From: Diplonema japonicum | Lineage: Eukaryota > Protista > Euglenozoa: Diplonemea | Length of the DNA stretch: 64,000 bases | Direction: 5' to 3' | Assembly (NCBI GenBank): GCA_964019335.1 | Contig: OZ025763.1 | Location: 73,335-137,334 of the forward strand | Part shown: positions 9,996-22,045 of the stretch, in pieces | Layout: each line of letters begins with the position of its first letter | How positions within the stretch are numbered: position 1 is the stretch's first letter | Translations under genes and position numbers: made by a program | The notes under the pieces: model-generated | Told to the model about the DNA's origin: nothing | The model's input: only the letters and a program-made list of their open reading frames with translations | The model's database searches: none

Positions 9996-10747
9996 TTAAC
10001 AGTAGAAGGAAACGAGGAGGCAGACCAACTCGCCCAGCGACGGCAGAGACAAGGAAACAACACAGAAGATAATCATGGGTTGCGGCAAAGAACCACCTAA
10101 AAGAAAAGCTGGGAAGCGGGAAATATTAGCAGGGTTGAAGAAGGAAAAGACATACAATAAGTGGGCAGGTAGAACGGAAGCACCAAAGAAGATGGAAGGG
10201 CTGAACAGGAAGGAAGAAGTGCTGATCAACCAGCTAAAGACTGGGCACCATGACCTGCTAAAGGTGGGATACGCCGAGCAGCGAATTTGCGTGAAGTGCG
10301 GCCCCAACACGAAGCGAACCCCAACATCTCTTCCTAGACTGCCCGTCATCCAAAGCAAGCAAGGACAAACACTTCGACACCCTGACGCTGAGACACACAT
10401 CCTTGTGGAGAACCCACGAAAAGCAATCCAATATCTGGAAGACACCGGGGGGGACCTGCCCCCCTCCGCAACAACTCCACAACAACCAACTAACCTGCCG
10501 AAGTAGCATGCCAATCCGAAGGCGGCTGAGGGCCTTGAAGATTCATTCAGAATCCCGAGATCCCATCCCAGATCCCCAAGAGGGTACAATCCTGTTTCTC
10601 GCAGAAACAAAGAACATACCAACAACCCTCCACCACAGCAGCCGACGAATCCGACGCAGCAGTGAAAATAAATAGAAAGCCCCCCTGAACAAGTTTTCCC
10701 CCCCCTATAACGTGATTTACAAAAAAAAAAAAGAAAAAAAAAAAAAA
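9996..10747 (+). mobile_element. 5'-truncated ingi/I-group-like LINE 3' end
   Basis: ORF 10075-10506 contains 'LNRKEEVLINQLKTGH..CVKC..ENPRKAIQYL', typical of the post-RT/RNase H C-terminus; A-rich tail ~10720-10747. Confidence 0.6.
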
Positions 10748-10844
10748 GATACTGAGGTCCGGCACCCGCAGTAACCAAAGAAAAAAAAAAACAAAAAAAA
10801 AAAAGTGTAAAGTACGCCAAATAGTGTTGCAACCAAAGCCCCAT

Positions 10845-11485
10845 TATTTTATTTTTTTCCAATGAAAAGAGACAAGGAATGGCTCCAAAGATACCGAGTG
10901 TTGAAGCTCTTCATGAGCAGACAAGTGTTTAAAAAAAAAAAATCTTTTTTCTAGGAAAGGGCCATGTCATGTTAGGCCAAAACCCCTTTGAAACACCCTT
11001 GAAAAAGCAAAAAAAGAAATTGTAGCCGTCTAGGTGCACACCATAGCGGTCACAATGCACGCCTTTAAAACGCGCTTTTCAGAATGGTTTTTTTCTTTTT
11101 TTTTCTTGTGCATTTCTTCTCGCGCCCTGCCACATGCTGCAGGCACCCTTAAATAGTCTCCTTTTTTTTCCCCTTTTTTTTTGGCGTTCGGAAATTATAC
11201 TTAATTCAGACCCCATATTTTTTGTTTGATCCCCGCAGGAGCCACTAAGGACCTAGCTCTTCCATAGCCTTGGTCGGGAAAAGTACTCTCCAAGCAGCTT
11301 TCGTCTCAGGGAGCTTGCAGTTTTATTTTTTTTCCAAATGAACGCGACAGAAGGAATGGCCCCAAAGATACCAAGTGTTGAAGTTTTGAATGAGCATGCA
11401 AGTGTTAAAAAAAATGGCTTCTGGAAAAAAAGGCCATGTTAGGCTAAAATCCCTTTGAAACACCCTTGAAAAGCAAAAAGAAATA
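10845..11485 (+). repeat. Pair of diverged ~170-bp direct repeats (10845-11020, 11322-11485)
   Basis: Shared AAGGAATGGC.CCAAAGATACC.AGTGTTGAAG..CCCTTTGAAACACCCTTGAAAA. Confidence 0.8.
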
Positions 11486-11731
11486 TGTCTCAACACACTT
11501 CCATTGGCTCCACACAGCCCAGCTGGGGGGGTCGGTCTGGCTAGACCAAGAGGAGGTGGAATTTAAAAAAAAAAAAAAAAAAAAAGGTTTTGAAAACCGG
11601 ATTTTTCGGTTTTTTTGACGTTTCTAAAGGGCATGTCCCCTCCCCGTTCTTTTGATTCTAACGTTTTCATTTTTTTGCGATATTAACAATAAACAACAGT
11701 ACCGCACCACGTGACACTGTCTACAGGGAAG

Positions 11732-13279
11732 ATGACAAAGACAATATGCGTTTTTGGAAGCGCCTCAGATGTCGGGAAGAGTGTAACAGCAGCAGCCATA
11801 GGGCGGATCCTCCACAGAGAGGGACTGAAAGTGTGCCCCTTTAAAGCGCAGAACATGTCGAACAACGCAGGGGTGGTGCGTCGGAGTGTGGAATCGGGTG
11901 TGGGGGAGATAGGCAGGGCGCAGGTCGTGCAAGCAGAGGCTTGCTCTGTAGAACCAGAGACAGACATGAACCCGGTACTGCTGAAACCTTCTTCCGACAG
12001 GAGTTCGCAGGTAGTGGTGCATGGCAAAGTGTTGGGTGACGTTGAGGCAAAGCTGTTGTGGCAAAAAGGCGGTTCAACTCAAAGCCCTCTGCGGGAAGCA
12101 GCTCGCCAGTCTCTTAAACGGCTTGAAGCAAGGTTCGAGGTCATAGTCGCAGAAGGCGCAGGGAGCTGCGGGGAAGTGAACCTCCGTGACAGGGATTATG
12201 TAAACTTCGATGTAGCACACACAGCGGAAACAGCAGCGGTCTTGCTTGTTTGCGACATCGAAAAAGGCGGTGTCTTTGCACAGGTTGTCGGCACGCTTGC
12301 GGTCCTCCCCCCAAAGGACAGACAGCTTATCAAGGGCATCATCATCAACAAGTTCAGGGGTGACGCGTCTCTCTTCGACGACGGGAGGGTTTGGCTCGAA
12401 ACTGAAACCGGGCTCCCTGTGCTCGCCGTTGTCCCGTACTTCGACCCGTTGGACGTGAAGGGCGATGGAACACGCTGCATCATCGACGCGGAGGATGGCT
12501 TGCACGCAACCGCGCGTGTGGACCCCACACAGGTGACCGCGGGGAACGTGATGCGCATCGCGGTGATACTGCTTCCCAGGATCGCCAACCATACCGACTT
12601 CGCTCCCCTCCATTCCCATCCAGGCATCGAACTGGACTGGCTGCGTCTTCCACGCGACTTAGGAAGGTACCACATGGTCATTGTACCTGGGAGCAAGTCC
12701 GTCATCAGCGACCTGACGTGGCTCCGCGAAGTTGGATGGGCTGAACAAATTAAAAACTACCATCAAACACCCAACACAGTTCTTGTCGGCGTGTGCGGCG
12801 GCTACCAAATGCTAGGCGCACGGTTGAAGGATGCATCTGGCATCGATGGGTGTGCTGCAGAAGCGGAAGGGTTAGGGTATCTGCCCGTGGTTACGGAGAT
12901 GAGCCCAGACAAAACACTACTCCAGGCGGAAGGCACGTGGGCGTGCGACAGTGTCATGCCGATGGGCACGAAGGTGAAGGGGTACGAGATCCACTGCGGC
13001 CAAACAAAGGTTCTCGAGAGTGGTGGGCATGTGGTAGACAGCGACACAGGCAGTCCTGGGTACGTGAAGCTCAACGAGAACAAGTCAATTGTCCTCGGGA
13101 CCTACCTGCATGGTGTCTTCGACAGCACTTGCACCGATGCCATGCTGGCTCACATGGTACCTGACGTGCCCCGCACAGTGCGCCCGTCGACGACGGATTC
13201 GTATGATGCCCTTGCTGACCATTATGACAAGGCCCTAGGTGAGGGCGGCCGTAAGGTGCTTTTGAGCCTCGTTTCTTGA
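11732..13279 (+). CDS. cobQ: Cobyric acid synthase (CobQ/CbiP), intronless
   Basis: GSASDVGKS P-loop, PFKAQNMSNN, EIGRAQ, MNPVLLKP, EGAGS, DIEKGGVFA, INKFRGD, PRIANHTDF, PGSK, GVCGGYQMLG (GATase Cys), GYEIH, GTYLHG. Confidence 0.93.
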   Translation: MTKTICVFGSASDVGKSVTAAAIGRILHREGLKVCPFKAQNMSNNAGVVRRSVESGVGEIGRAQVVQAEACSVEPETDMNPVLLKPSSDRSSQVVVHGKVLGDVEAKLLWQKGGSTQSPLREAARQSLKRLEARFEVIVAEGAGSCGEVNLRDRDYVNFDVAHTAETAAVLLVCDIEKGGVFAQVVGTLAVLPPKDRQLIKGIIINKFRGDASLFDDGRVWLETETGLPVLAVVPYFDPLDVKGDGTRCIIDAEDGLHATARVDPTQVTAGNVMRIAVILLPRIANHTDFAPLHSHPGIELDWLRLPRDLGRYHMVIVPGSKSVISDLTWLREVGWAEQIKNYHQTPNTVLVGVCGGYQMLGARLKDASGIDGCAAEAEGLGYLPVVTEMSPDKTLLQAEGTWACDSVMPMGTKVKGYEIHCGQTKVLESGGHVVDSDTGSPGYVKLNENKSIVLGTYLHGVFDSTCTDAMLAHMVPDVPRTVRPSTTDSYDALADHYDKALGEGGRKVLLSLVS

Positions 13280-13379
13280 ATAATTAAAGACGTCCGAAAG
13301 TTTTACATTCTCCAGTTTTCGCTTTCGCTCACAATTTTTGCTTTAACATTGCACTATCACAGGTACCAACCACAGCAAC

Positions 13380-15776
13380 ATGGCCAGAGCCTGCCTCGCG
13401 CTGTTGCTCCTACTAGGTACCGCACTGGGGCAGTTTGCGGCTGACTGTCCCAGCCAGTCCCTGCTGACCACCCCTATTACCATTGATTATCAGATGGGCT
13501 CCGACCAAGCTGTCAGCAAACCAGCGGTCCACTTCACCGTGAGCTTCCCAACAGGTTCATGGGCGGCGATCGGGTTCAAAGCCACCGGAGGAGCGGGGAG
13601 CAAAATGACTGGTTTGAACATTATTGCATTTGACTCGGCAACCGCTCAAGTGCAGAACACGGATGTACCCACCGACAACGTGAAGCCTGCCATCGGCACG
13701 CTGCGCTCGACGTACGACACAATGAGCTCTTCGGCAGGAACCACAACGTTGAAGTTTTATAGAAGGCTCGATGAAATGGACGGTAGTTTCGTGATACCCA
13801 CCGGAACAGGCTTCACAGTGGCATGGGCGACGGGTTCTGGCGCTGTGGCAGCATGGACTGGACACACCGCCAGGGGGTTCGTTGAAAACACAGTCTTCAC
13901 ACCATGCACAAGTGCGCCTGATACCCCTGCTCCAGCAACTCCAGCACCCCCCACTGCCTCTCCTACAGGACAGTTCATTGCGGAGTGCCCCAGCCAGTCC
14001 TTGCTGACCACCCCAATCATAATCGACTACGAGATGGGTACTGATCAGGCAGTATCACGCCCGGCAGTGCTCTTCACTGTCAGCTTCCCGACTGGTTCGT
14101 GGGCGGCAGTAGGCGTCAAGGACACTGGGGGTGCAGGAAGCAACATGACCGATCTGAACATTGTTGCATTTGACTCGGCAACCTCTCAAGTGCAGGACAC
14201 GGATGTACCCACCGACAACACGGAGCCTGCCATCGGCACATTGCTCAGCTCATATCTTGACATGAGCAACTCAGCCGGAACAACCACACTTCGATTCTAC
14301 AGAAGGCTTGATGAAATGGACGGTGGCTTCGTGATACCCACCGGAACAGGCTTCACAGTGGCATGGGCGACAGGTTCAGGTACTGTGGCAACATGGACCG
14401 GACACACCGCCAGGGGGTTCGTTGAAAACACTGTCTTCACACCATGCACAAGTGCGCCTGATACCCCTGCTCCAGCAACTCCAGCACCCCCCACTGCCTC
14501 TCCTACAGGACAGTTTACTGCGGAGTGCCCCAGCCAGTCCTTGCTGACCACCCCTATCGCGATTGACTACGAGATGGGTACTGATCAGGCAGTATCACGC
14601 CCGGCAGTGCTCTTCACTGTCAGCTTCCCGACTGGTTCGTGGGCGGCAGTAGGCGTCAAGGACACTGGGGGTGCAGGAAGCAATATGACCGATCTGAACA
14701 TTGTTGCATTTGACTCGGCAACCGCTCAAGTGCAGGACACGGATGTACCCACCGACAACGTGAAGCCCACCATCGGCACATTGCTCAGCACATATGTAGA
14801 CATGAGCTCCTCGGCGGGAACAACCACACTTCGATTCTACAGAAGGCTTGATGAAATGGACGGTGGCTTCGTGATACCCAACGGAACAGGCTTCACAGTG
14901 GCATGGGCGACAGGTTCAGGTACTGTGGCAACATGGACCGGACACACCGCCAGGGGGTTCGTTGAAAACACTGTCTTCACACCATGCACAAGTGCGCCTG
15001 ATACCCCTGCTCCAGCAACTCCGGCACCGGCAACCCCTACCCCTCCAGCACCGCCAACGCCAGCCCCTGATACTCCTGCGCCAGCAACTCTGACGCCAGG
15101 TGACACTTACCCTCCGAATACTCCTGCTCCGGCTACGTCAGCACCTGCTACACCAGCACCGGCGACGAATGTACCAGTAACTCTAACGCCGGGTGACACT
15201 TACCCTCCCAACACTCCTGCTCCTGCGACATCTGCGCCCGCAACACCGGCGCCCAATACTACTGCACCGGCTACCTTAGCACCGGGTGATACTTACCCCC
15301 CCAACACCCCTGCGCCTGCAACACCCGCGCCCAACACTACTGCACCGGCCACCTTGGCTCCTGGTGACACGTACCCTCCCGACACCCCTGCCCCTGACAC
15401 ACGTGTTCCGCTGACAGACAACGACACGTACCCCCCAGACACGCAGGTTCCGGTGACCTTGGTGCCGGGCACGACGTATGCCCCCGCCACGTTGGTGCCC
15501 TTGACAGGGAATGCGACCAACCCGCCAGACACAAGGGCGCCTTTGACAGGAAACGACACCTACCCTCCTGACACCTTGGAGCCCACAGCAGTGCCTACAC
15601 CCGCACCGAGCAGTGATGACAGCCCGTCTGTTATCGTGATAATCGGGATTGTGGCTGGGGGGCTCATTGTGCTTCTTATTTTGGCGGCTGTTGCCAAGTT
15701 TCTGTTCTGCAAGCCCGAAGTGCTGATGTTCAAGGATCTCGGCGAGCCTGCTTTGGATAGGATTACTGAGGTATGA
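13380..15776 (+). CDS. Type I membrane protein: signal peptide, 3 DOMON-like domains, Pro/Thr/Ala mucin-like stalk, TM, short tail
   Basis: Three 540-bp repeats with WAAI/VG..M..N and VAWATG..GH motifs; TPAP repeats; TM 'VIVIIGIVAGGLIVLLILAAV'. Confidence 0.8.
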   Translation: MARACLALLLLLGTALGQFAADCPSQSLLTTPITIDYQMGSDQAVSKPAVHFTVSFPTGSWAAIGFKATGGAGSKMTGLNIIAFDSATAQVQNTDVPTDNVKPAIGTLRSTYDTMSSSAGTTTLKFYRRLDEMDGSFVIPTGTGFTVAWATGSGAVAAWTGHTARGFVENTVFTPCTSAPDTPAPATPAPPTASPTGQFIAECPSQSLLTTPIIIDYEMGTDQAVSRPAVLFTVSFPTGSWAAVGVKDTGGAGSNMTDLNIVAFDSATSQVQDTDVPTDNTEPAIGTLLSSYLDMSNSAGTTTLRFYRRLDEMDGGFVIPTGTGFTVAWATGSGTVATWTGHTARGFVENTVFTPCTSAPDTPAPATPAPPTASPTGQFTAECPSQSLLTTPIAIDYEMGTDQAVSRPAVLFTVSFPTGSWAAVGVKDTGGAGSNMTDLNIVAFDSATAQVQDTDVPTDNVKPTIGTLLSTYVDMSSSAGTTTLRFYRRLDEMDGGFVIPNGTGFTVAWATGSGTVATWTGHTARGFVENTVFTPCTSAPDTPAPATPAPATPTPPAPPTPAPDTPAPATLTPGDTYPPNTPAPATSAPATPAPATNVPVTLTPGDTYPPNTPAPATSAPATPAPNTTAPATLAPGDTYPPNTPAPATPAPNTTAPATLAPGDTYPPDTPAPDTRVPLTDNDTYPPDTQVPVTLVPGTTYAPATLVPLTGNATNPPDTRAPLTGNDTYPPDTLEPTAVPTPAPSSDDSPSVIVIIGIVAGGLIVLLILAAVAKFLFCKPEVLMFKDLGEPALDRITEV

Positions 15777-16129
15777 TTTTCACCCTTCCCAACAAGAACA
15801 TGTGTCACTGCACCCCAACCACAGTCTGAGAAGGAGCTGCAGGAGTACTATTCGAACAAAGGGCAGACACCTGCCTACAATGCCTTTAACGACCTGTGAA
15901 CACGGTGACTGTGTTAGGAAAAAGAGAAAAAAAAAAGGGAAAAAAAAAACAGTTAAGAAACGCGGTTATGCAAAAAAAAATTGAAACTTTTCTTTTTTTT
16001 TTTTTTTTTTTAGAATTTTTTTTCTTTTTTTCTTCAACTTAGACCAAAAGGGGCCCGTGTGACACTGTTGTTATATGGCTTCTGTTTTGTTGAGAGGAAG
16101 AGGGAGTGGAAACCCTTTGCTGCGCTGCA

Positions 16130-16166
<37 letters not shown>

Positions 16167-17170
16167 GAAAGAAAAAAGCTTGTGACTTCGACCGCTTCGC
16201 TGCTGTGCGATTCGTGTTGTTGTGTTGCATTTCGTCCCCCCTCCCCCCTTTTTTATTTTTCTTCTTTTTAGAGTAGACAGGGCAAAACAAGCGGGAAAGG
16301 TGGGGCAGAGGGGGAAAAAAAAACAAAGAATAGCAAAAAGAAACCCCCCCCCCACTTTTTAGAGGAAATCTTTTTTTTCCCCCTTACGATGCGAAAAACA
16401 CGGGTCTTTCTTCTATTCTTCCGCATGTCTCAAAACAAAAAGAACACTCCCTAAAATTCTATTATTTCAAGCCGAACTAAAAAAAAAAAAAGAGAAAAAA
16501 AAAAAAAAACGAGGGGAGGGGGGGATGTGGTTGGGCAGTTCTTTGATTAGAAATGTTCTTCTTGTTCACCGTCAAGAGACCATCGCCGGCTTAACACCCT
16601 GCGGGAGGTCTCTTTTAGATGTACTGGTGAGCTGTACATGGAGGGAGGAGTCGTTGCTAGCGCTTTTCCCCCCTCCGTTGTTTGTCATTTGTTTTTGTTT
16701 TTCTTTTGTCTTTTATCTCTCTTTCTTGTTAAGTAATTTCCCACGCCCCCCCACCCCCCCCCCCATCCTTTTTTGGGGAAAAAGAAAAAAATAATTAAAA
16801 AAAAAGATGAAATTTTGAGAGTTAAACTACCTAACCCCCCTTCCTCCTCCTCCTTCAGGTGAGTCACACATTCGCTCTGCGCAACCGATTTCATCGCTTG
16901 AGTTTGTAGTTTCTGTTTTTTTTGTTTCAGGGGGCGTCTCACAAAGACTTCCTTTAACTCATATATATATTTGTTTTTTTTTTGTTTTTTTTTTTCTTTC
17001 CCGTATGCAGGTAATTTAATTTTAAAAAAGGGCGGAGGGAGGGGGGTGAGACGCAGAAAAGTGTGAAAGTGACGGAGGTGTGTGAAAAAAAGAAGAAAGG
17101 AACACGAAAAAAAAAAAGGGGGAACCTCTCATCTTTCCATTCTCTTCCGGATTAGTTCAATCTGTATTCT

Positions 17171-17216
<46 letters not shown>

Positions 17217-17241
17217 AAACGATCACCACACTTACAGGTCG

Positions 17242-20028
17242 ATGCCCAGCTCATATGCACCATCACGGTCGCCCCCCGGCTCCCCACGGGGGGGGCGGCT
17301 GTCGTTAGACACACTACGTAAGCTAGAGCGTATGGGCGAGAGAGCGTTCGCCCGAGGACACTACGACGAGGCCACAGCACACACGACGAAGTGCATCAAA
17401 GCTCTGCAAGCGGAGCTGTCGTCGCTGCTGTCTTTGCGTGCTGCGATTCAACTTCAAAAGAAGGAGTTCGCCAACGCAAGCGCTGACGCAGAAAACGCCA
17501 TCCAACTAAACAAAGGCTGGTACAAGGGACACCTACGAAAGGGCGCCATCCTGCTCGCAATGAACGAGCCGATGGAAGCAGCGGAGCACCTCGAGACTGC
17601 CTTGCAGCTCACCCCGCAGAACACAGAAGTGAAGCGAACCCTCCGCGAGGCGTACAAAGCCATTGCCAACAACTGCTACGAAAGCGGCTACTACGAGTTC
17701 TCGATGAGGTGGCACGACCACGCGATGGAGATTCTAAAATCGGAAAACACGTTGTCCGAAGAAGAGTTCGCCCAGCAGATGGCCATTTGCTGCAGCAACA
17801 GATCAGCATCAAACATGAGACAGGGCAACGTGCGTGAGGCGCTGCGTGACGCTGAGCTAGCAGTCTTCTACAACCCATGGTGGGTCAAGGGATGGCTTCG
17901 CAAAGGCCTTGCTCTCGCACAGCTGGGCACAGCTGCCGACATTGACGCAGCAATCGACTCCTTAGAAGAAGGCCTCATGACAGACCCCAAGTCACACGAG
18001 GCAAGGCTCGCTCTCGATAACATCAGAGAGAAGGGAGGCGGCACGACGCCCTTCGACACATCGTACTCCTTCCTCGCACCCCAGTCGTACAAGGACGAGA
18101 CGCTGCCCGAAGACGTTCCGCATTTCCACGAGGAGTGGGCACGGTACCAGTCGGAACGCGAAGGGTTCTCAAGGGACACGATCGACATGGGCATCAAGGT
18201 TCTCTACGACTCGTACCTGCAAGCGAGGAACATCAAGCTGCACCTCTTCTCGCTGGAGACGTACGAATGGTCGGAGGAGGAGGACGCCATCTACCACAGG
18301 GTGGGCTGCAGCGAGAGGGGTCTCGAGTGGTTCAAGGCCAAGCCGTCTCTTGGCGACGTGCGCGACTGTAACCCCGACACGAACCTGAAGCCGCCTGCAG
18401 TGGTTAAGAACAGGAGCTTTGCACATTATCCACCGCTGAAGCTCACCATACAAGTGCACCGCACGGTGAGCATGGTGATGTTCCAGTTTGTGGACCTGAT
18501 GGTGCCCTTGCTGTCGACGGTTGTCTATGCTGACAGCGCTAGCGTGCTGGAGATCATCGGGTACGAGTCGAACACATATGCTGTGGCCAAGGCCGCTGTC
18601 ATCCTGGAGATGCTCCAAGGAGGTGCGCCGCTTGAATCAGTCATCCAAGTGTGGATGAGCTCCGGGTGGTCCCACACCACAGAGGCTGCCTTCAAGCAGG
18701 CATGCATAAAGCTGTCGAAGTCCACAGCCGACCCTGCCTCGCTGAGCCAGGCCGAGCAACGCGACCAGAAAGAAGGACCTGTCCCCTACGAGGCTAAGGT
18801 TATCATCCAAATCTGGAGCGGGGTAGAGAGCATTCCACGACAGACCTCGCTGTCGAAGTGGCGTGAGTCGCACAGCAGGCAAGACCTTGGCTTCCTGGCT
18901 GCGAACCTGAAGCATTGCCAGGACAGAGTAGAGTACTGCCAGTACTTCCTGACAGGGGAACTCTTGCAATGCGACGTTGGCAGCATCGTCATGTTCTCAG
19001 AGTTCTCAAAAGTGCAATCCATGACCAACTCCGAGTCTATCATGCAGGCTATACCCCTAGCGCATCTGGAGATAGCACATTACAGGGAAGGTACCTTGCT
19101 TCAGGTATGGCACATCCTTTCTAACACACCAACACCGACAGACAATTGTGGACGTGTTCAAAAGACGCCTGCACATCATGAGGCTCCGCTTGAAGAAGAG
19201 AAGGCTCAAGATGAAGTTCTACCTCTCGCCGGCATTGAGCTCATCAGCCTTGAACGAACCCTCCGTCTTGCGCAGCCTTGATCAGGTGAAGAAGCACAAG
19301 GCGTCGCACTTCTACTGGGGGCTGCTCCCCGATAAGCTAGGCGCCACGGGGATGCAGGAGATCATCGAGCGATGCGGTGCCAAGCATTGCAAGAACTACG
19401 CGCAGTCGCTGCAGGTATGCTGAGTAATAATTGTAAAAAAAAAAAAGAAAACTAAACACAGTGGAGCAACTACACGTTTGGCGCACACTTGCTGGACTAC
19501 GGGCGCGAGGCAAGGTGCGACCTAATCGAAAGCTTGTGGCGTGAGGCGCAGCATGGCATAAAGGCGGTCGGGGCATCTTTCATGGTGGACCGCCCCTTCG
19601 CTCACCCGTTCCATCTGTGTGCTTGGGGGCTGGGGAGGAAGTATATGCGCACCTGGGTGCAGCAGTTCTTCCTCTCGTCACCAGACGCAGTCATCCATGA
19701 TGTTACCTGCTCCGAGTTCAGCTCCTTCTCGCTGTTCCCGCTGTCGATGGCGTGGACTCCTCAACCTCTGCAGCATCAACGCGAGGGTGTGGTCAGGTGC
19801 GCCTCGCCCGTTGCACCGTTGCACGGGACCGAGTTGGGTGAGAGCACCATCAAAAACTCCCATGCCACGACCATCCAGTGCCACACGTGCGACAAGGTGG
19901 TCAACCTCGAGGAGTCTCGACAGAACCCCAACAACATCTCGTCGGCACTCATGGGCGCGGAGCGCTTGGATGTCATGGTCAACGTGTTCGACGAGGGCAG
20001 CGAGACCACACTGGAACACGATGCGTAG
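17242..20028 (+). CDS. TPR-repeat protein with uncharacterised C-terminal domain (exons 17242-19104, 19142-19414, 19462-20028)
   Basis: TPR motifs (DAENAIQLNKGWYKGHLRKG, DAELAVFYNPWWVKGWLRKG); GTATG..CAG introns 19105-19141 and 19415-19461 join three ORFs in frame. Confidence 0.8.
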
Positions 20029-20125
20029 ATTAGACTATTTTCTTCTTTTTTCTTTTGTGATAGATTTGTAATTATTTAATATAAGTTTAAGAGTCATTGC
20101 TTCCTACCCAACGTCAACAGGTGAG

Positions 20126-22045
20126 ATGGTGCGCATAGGGTTATTGAAGACCGCGCGGGAGCCGGAACCAGAATGCGACGAGACGATGCTTGACGAGGAG
20201 ACAGACGACACCTTCACGCAGACCAGCGACAGTGAGCATGAGTGCGCCATGCCGCACATACAGGATGTGAGGGCGATACCGTTCGTGGACAGCAGCCTTT
20301 TGGTGGAACCCACACCGGCTAAACCACTCCCCGAGCTGTTGATGGACGCAAGCTCCAGGTCTGACACGCACACCCCTTGGAATATTGACATGCTGAAGAC
20401 CTCGGCGCTCCAGCCGCCCACCCCATCCCTCGTGTTGCAACCCCCCGTCCTGCAAGCTAAGGAGGAGCCCATCGTTCTAAAGACTGTCACGCCTGAGCTG
20501 TCAACAGCGCTTAGCAAGTTGAAAACACACCCCAACAAGGCTTCTGTTCCAGAGCTTGCGTTCGGCTTGAGTTACAATGCAGCATGGCAGCCCAGGGGTG
20601 CCCTGACACAACCAAGTTGTGCTCAGGTGGCACCTTGTGGTCAAAGCACGCTGACACCCGTCGGGGGATTGACTACTGTAAATATCATGTCTATAAAGAG
20701 TACATTGCAGCCGCTGTCAGTGCTGGCTTCAAGAAGCCAACAAGCGGCGGATGGGCAGATCACCTTCAACTTGCTTTCCACACCACCACCATCTCTCCCT
20801 GTGCACCTTTTGAGCTCTGTTCTTGACGCTTTGTCGCAGGGGTTCGAATCCCCCGCCTGTCCCGTGGGGAACACCAGCAGCTACATCCACTACAACGGCA
20901 CGGAGCACGCAGCCGCCACTGTTCAGCTTATCAAAGCCCTTTGGGGCAATGACGAGCGCGATGACGTGGAAGGCTTGCCGGGGACGTCGGGTCTGACGAG
21001 CTCCTACGAAGAGATGAACAGAAGAAGACGGCTTCACGAGTGGCTGAGAAAGACGTCCGCAGCGGTGCCCTGCAGTCTCCCGGAAAGTGTCGCTCTGTGC
21101 GTGAACGGGAGGAGGAGCCATGCTGCGAGTGCTGCGAGGAAATCAGGTAAATCTGGAGAGGCGGCTCTGCTGCTGAGTGCTTGCAACAGCACGCGTGTCC
21201 AAGCATTAGTAGGGAGGGCAGAGGGGAAGAGTGCGTTGATGGACTTGAGCGCACTGAACAGCACCACGCCAGACGACTGCACCTGGAAGCAAGCCTTCCA
21301 CCATGTGTTGCAGCTGTCCGACACAACAGCCAACCCACATGTTGAAGAGCTGGCAAAGAAGTCTCTTAAGGACAAGACCTGCCCTCCGCCGTACCACGAG
21401 GCGTTGAAGGGTTCGCAGGCGACGGACGCTGCTTTGCAAGAGGTACTTGCAAACGGCGCCACAAAGAGGGACATCTGTTGGCACATATTGCAGTTGTGGA
21501 GCGGGAACAGCGAAGGTGACTTCACCGCAGCCTTGTTTGACCCTCTGACGTGGAAGCACAGCTACACGGACTACTCCCTGAACTGGATGGTGTGTCTGTT
21601 GCTGTCGGTGTCTCCAAGCATCAACGTCAGCCTTCCGACGGAAAGGGTGAACGACCTCACCATTGCTTATGCAGACCAGCTGCTGAGGGAACAACAGTGG
21701 CGATGGGGTCTGTTTGTGTTATTCACGTTGCCAGACCACCAAACGAGGAAGGCACGTGTAGTGGGGGCACTTGCAAACGTGCTCGTAAGGCACGAAAGAG
21801 AAACCCCGTTCGCACAGGGTTTGTCCTTGGGCCTTGCTTCGAACCCTTCGATAGGGGTGCCCCCCGAGTGGCTTGCCGAAGCCAAGAATCTAGTCACCCC
21901 GGTGCCACAGCAGCCTGTGAGACGGAATCCCTCACCCATGCCTCTTGCTAATGAATACAAACTGGTATGTTACGCCAACAAGAGACACGCTCACATATCA
22001 CCACAGGAAGCCGAGACGAACAAGCTCCTCGACGGTCTGTTCTAG
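20126..22045 (+). CDS. Nup96-like nucleoporin (stand-alone Nup98-96 C-terminal part)
   Basis: RRRRLHEWL, TWKQAF, DICWHILQLW, DYSLNW, YADQL..QWRWGLFVL, IGVPPEWLAEAK match the Nup96 domain pattern. Confidence 0.65.
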   Translation: MVRIGLLKTAREPEPECDETMLDEETDDTFTQTSDSEHECAMPHIQDVRAIPFVDSSLLVEPTPAKPLPELLMDASSRSDTHTPWNIDMLKTSALQPPTPSLVLQPPVLQAKEEPIVLKTVTPELSTALSKLKTHPNKASVPELAFGLSYNAAWQPRGALTQPSCAQVAPCGQSTLTPVGGLTTVNIMSIKSTLQPLSVLASRSQQAADGQITFNLLSTPPPSLPVHLLSSVLDALSQGFESPACPVGNTSSYIHYNGTEHAAATVQLIKALWGNDERDDVEGLPGTSGLTSSYEEMNRRRRLHEWLRKTSAAVPCSLPESVALCVNGRRSHAASAARKSGKSGEAALLLSACNSTRVQALVGRAEGKSALMDLSALNSTTPDDCTWKQAFHHVLQLSDTTANPHVEELAKKSLKDKTCPPPYHEALKGSQATDAALQEVLANGATKRDICWHILQLWSGNSEGDFTAALFDPLTWKHSYTDYSLNWMVCLLLSVSPSINVSLPTERVNDLTIAYADQLLREQQWRWGLFVLFTLPDHQTRKARVVGALANVLVRHERETPFAQGLSLGLASNPSIGVPPEWLAEAKNLVTPVPQQPVRRNPSPMPLANEYKLVCYANKRHAHISPQEAETNKLLDGLF

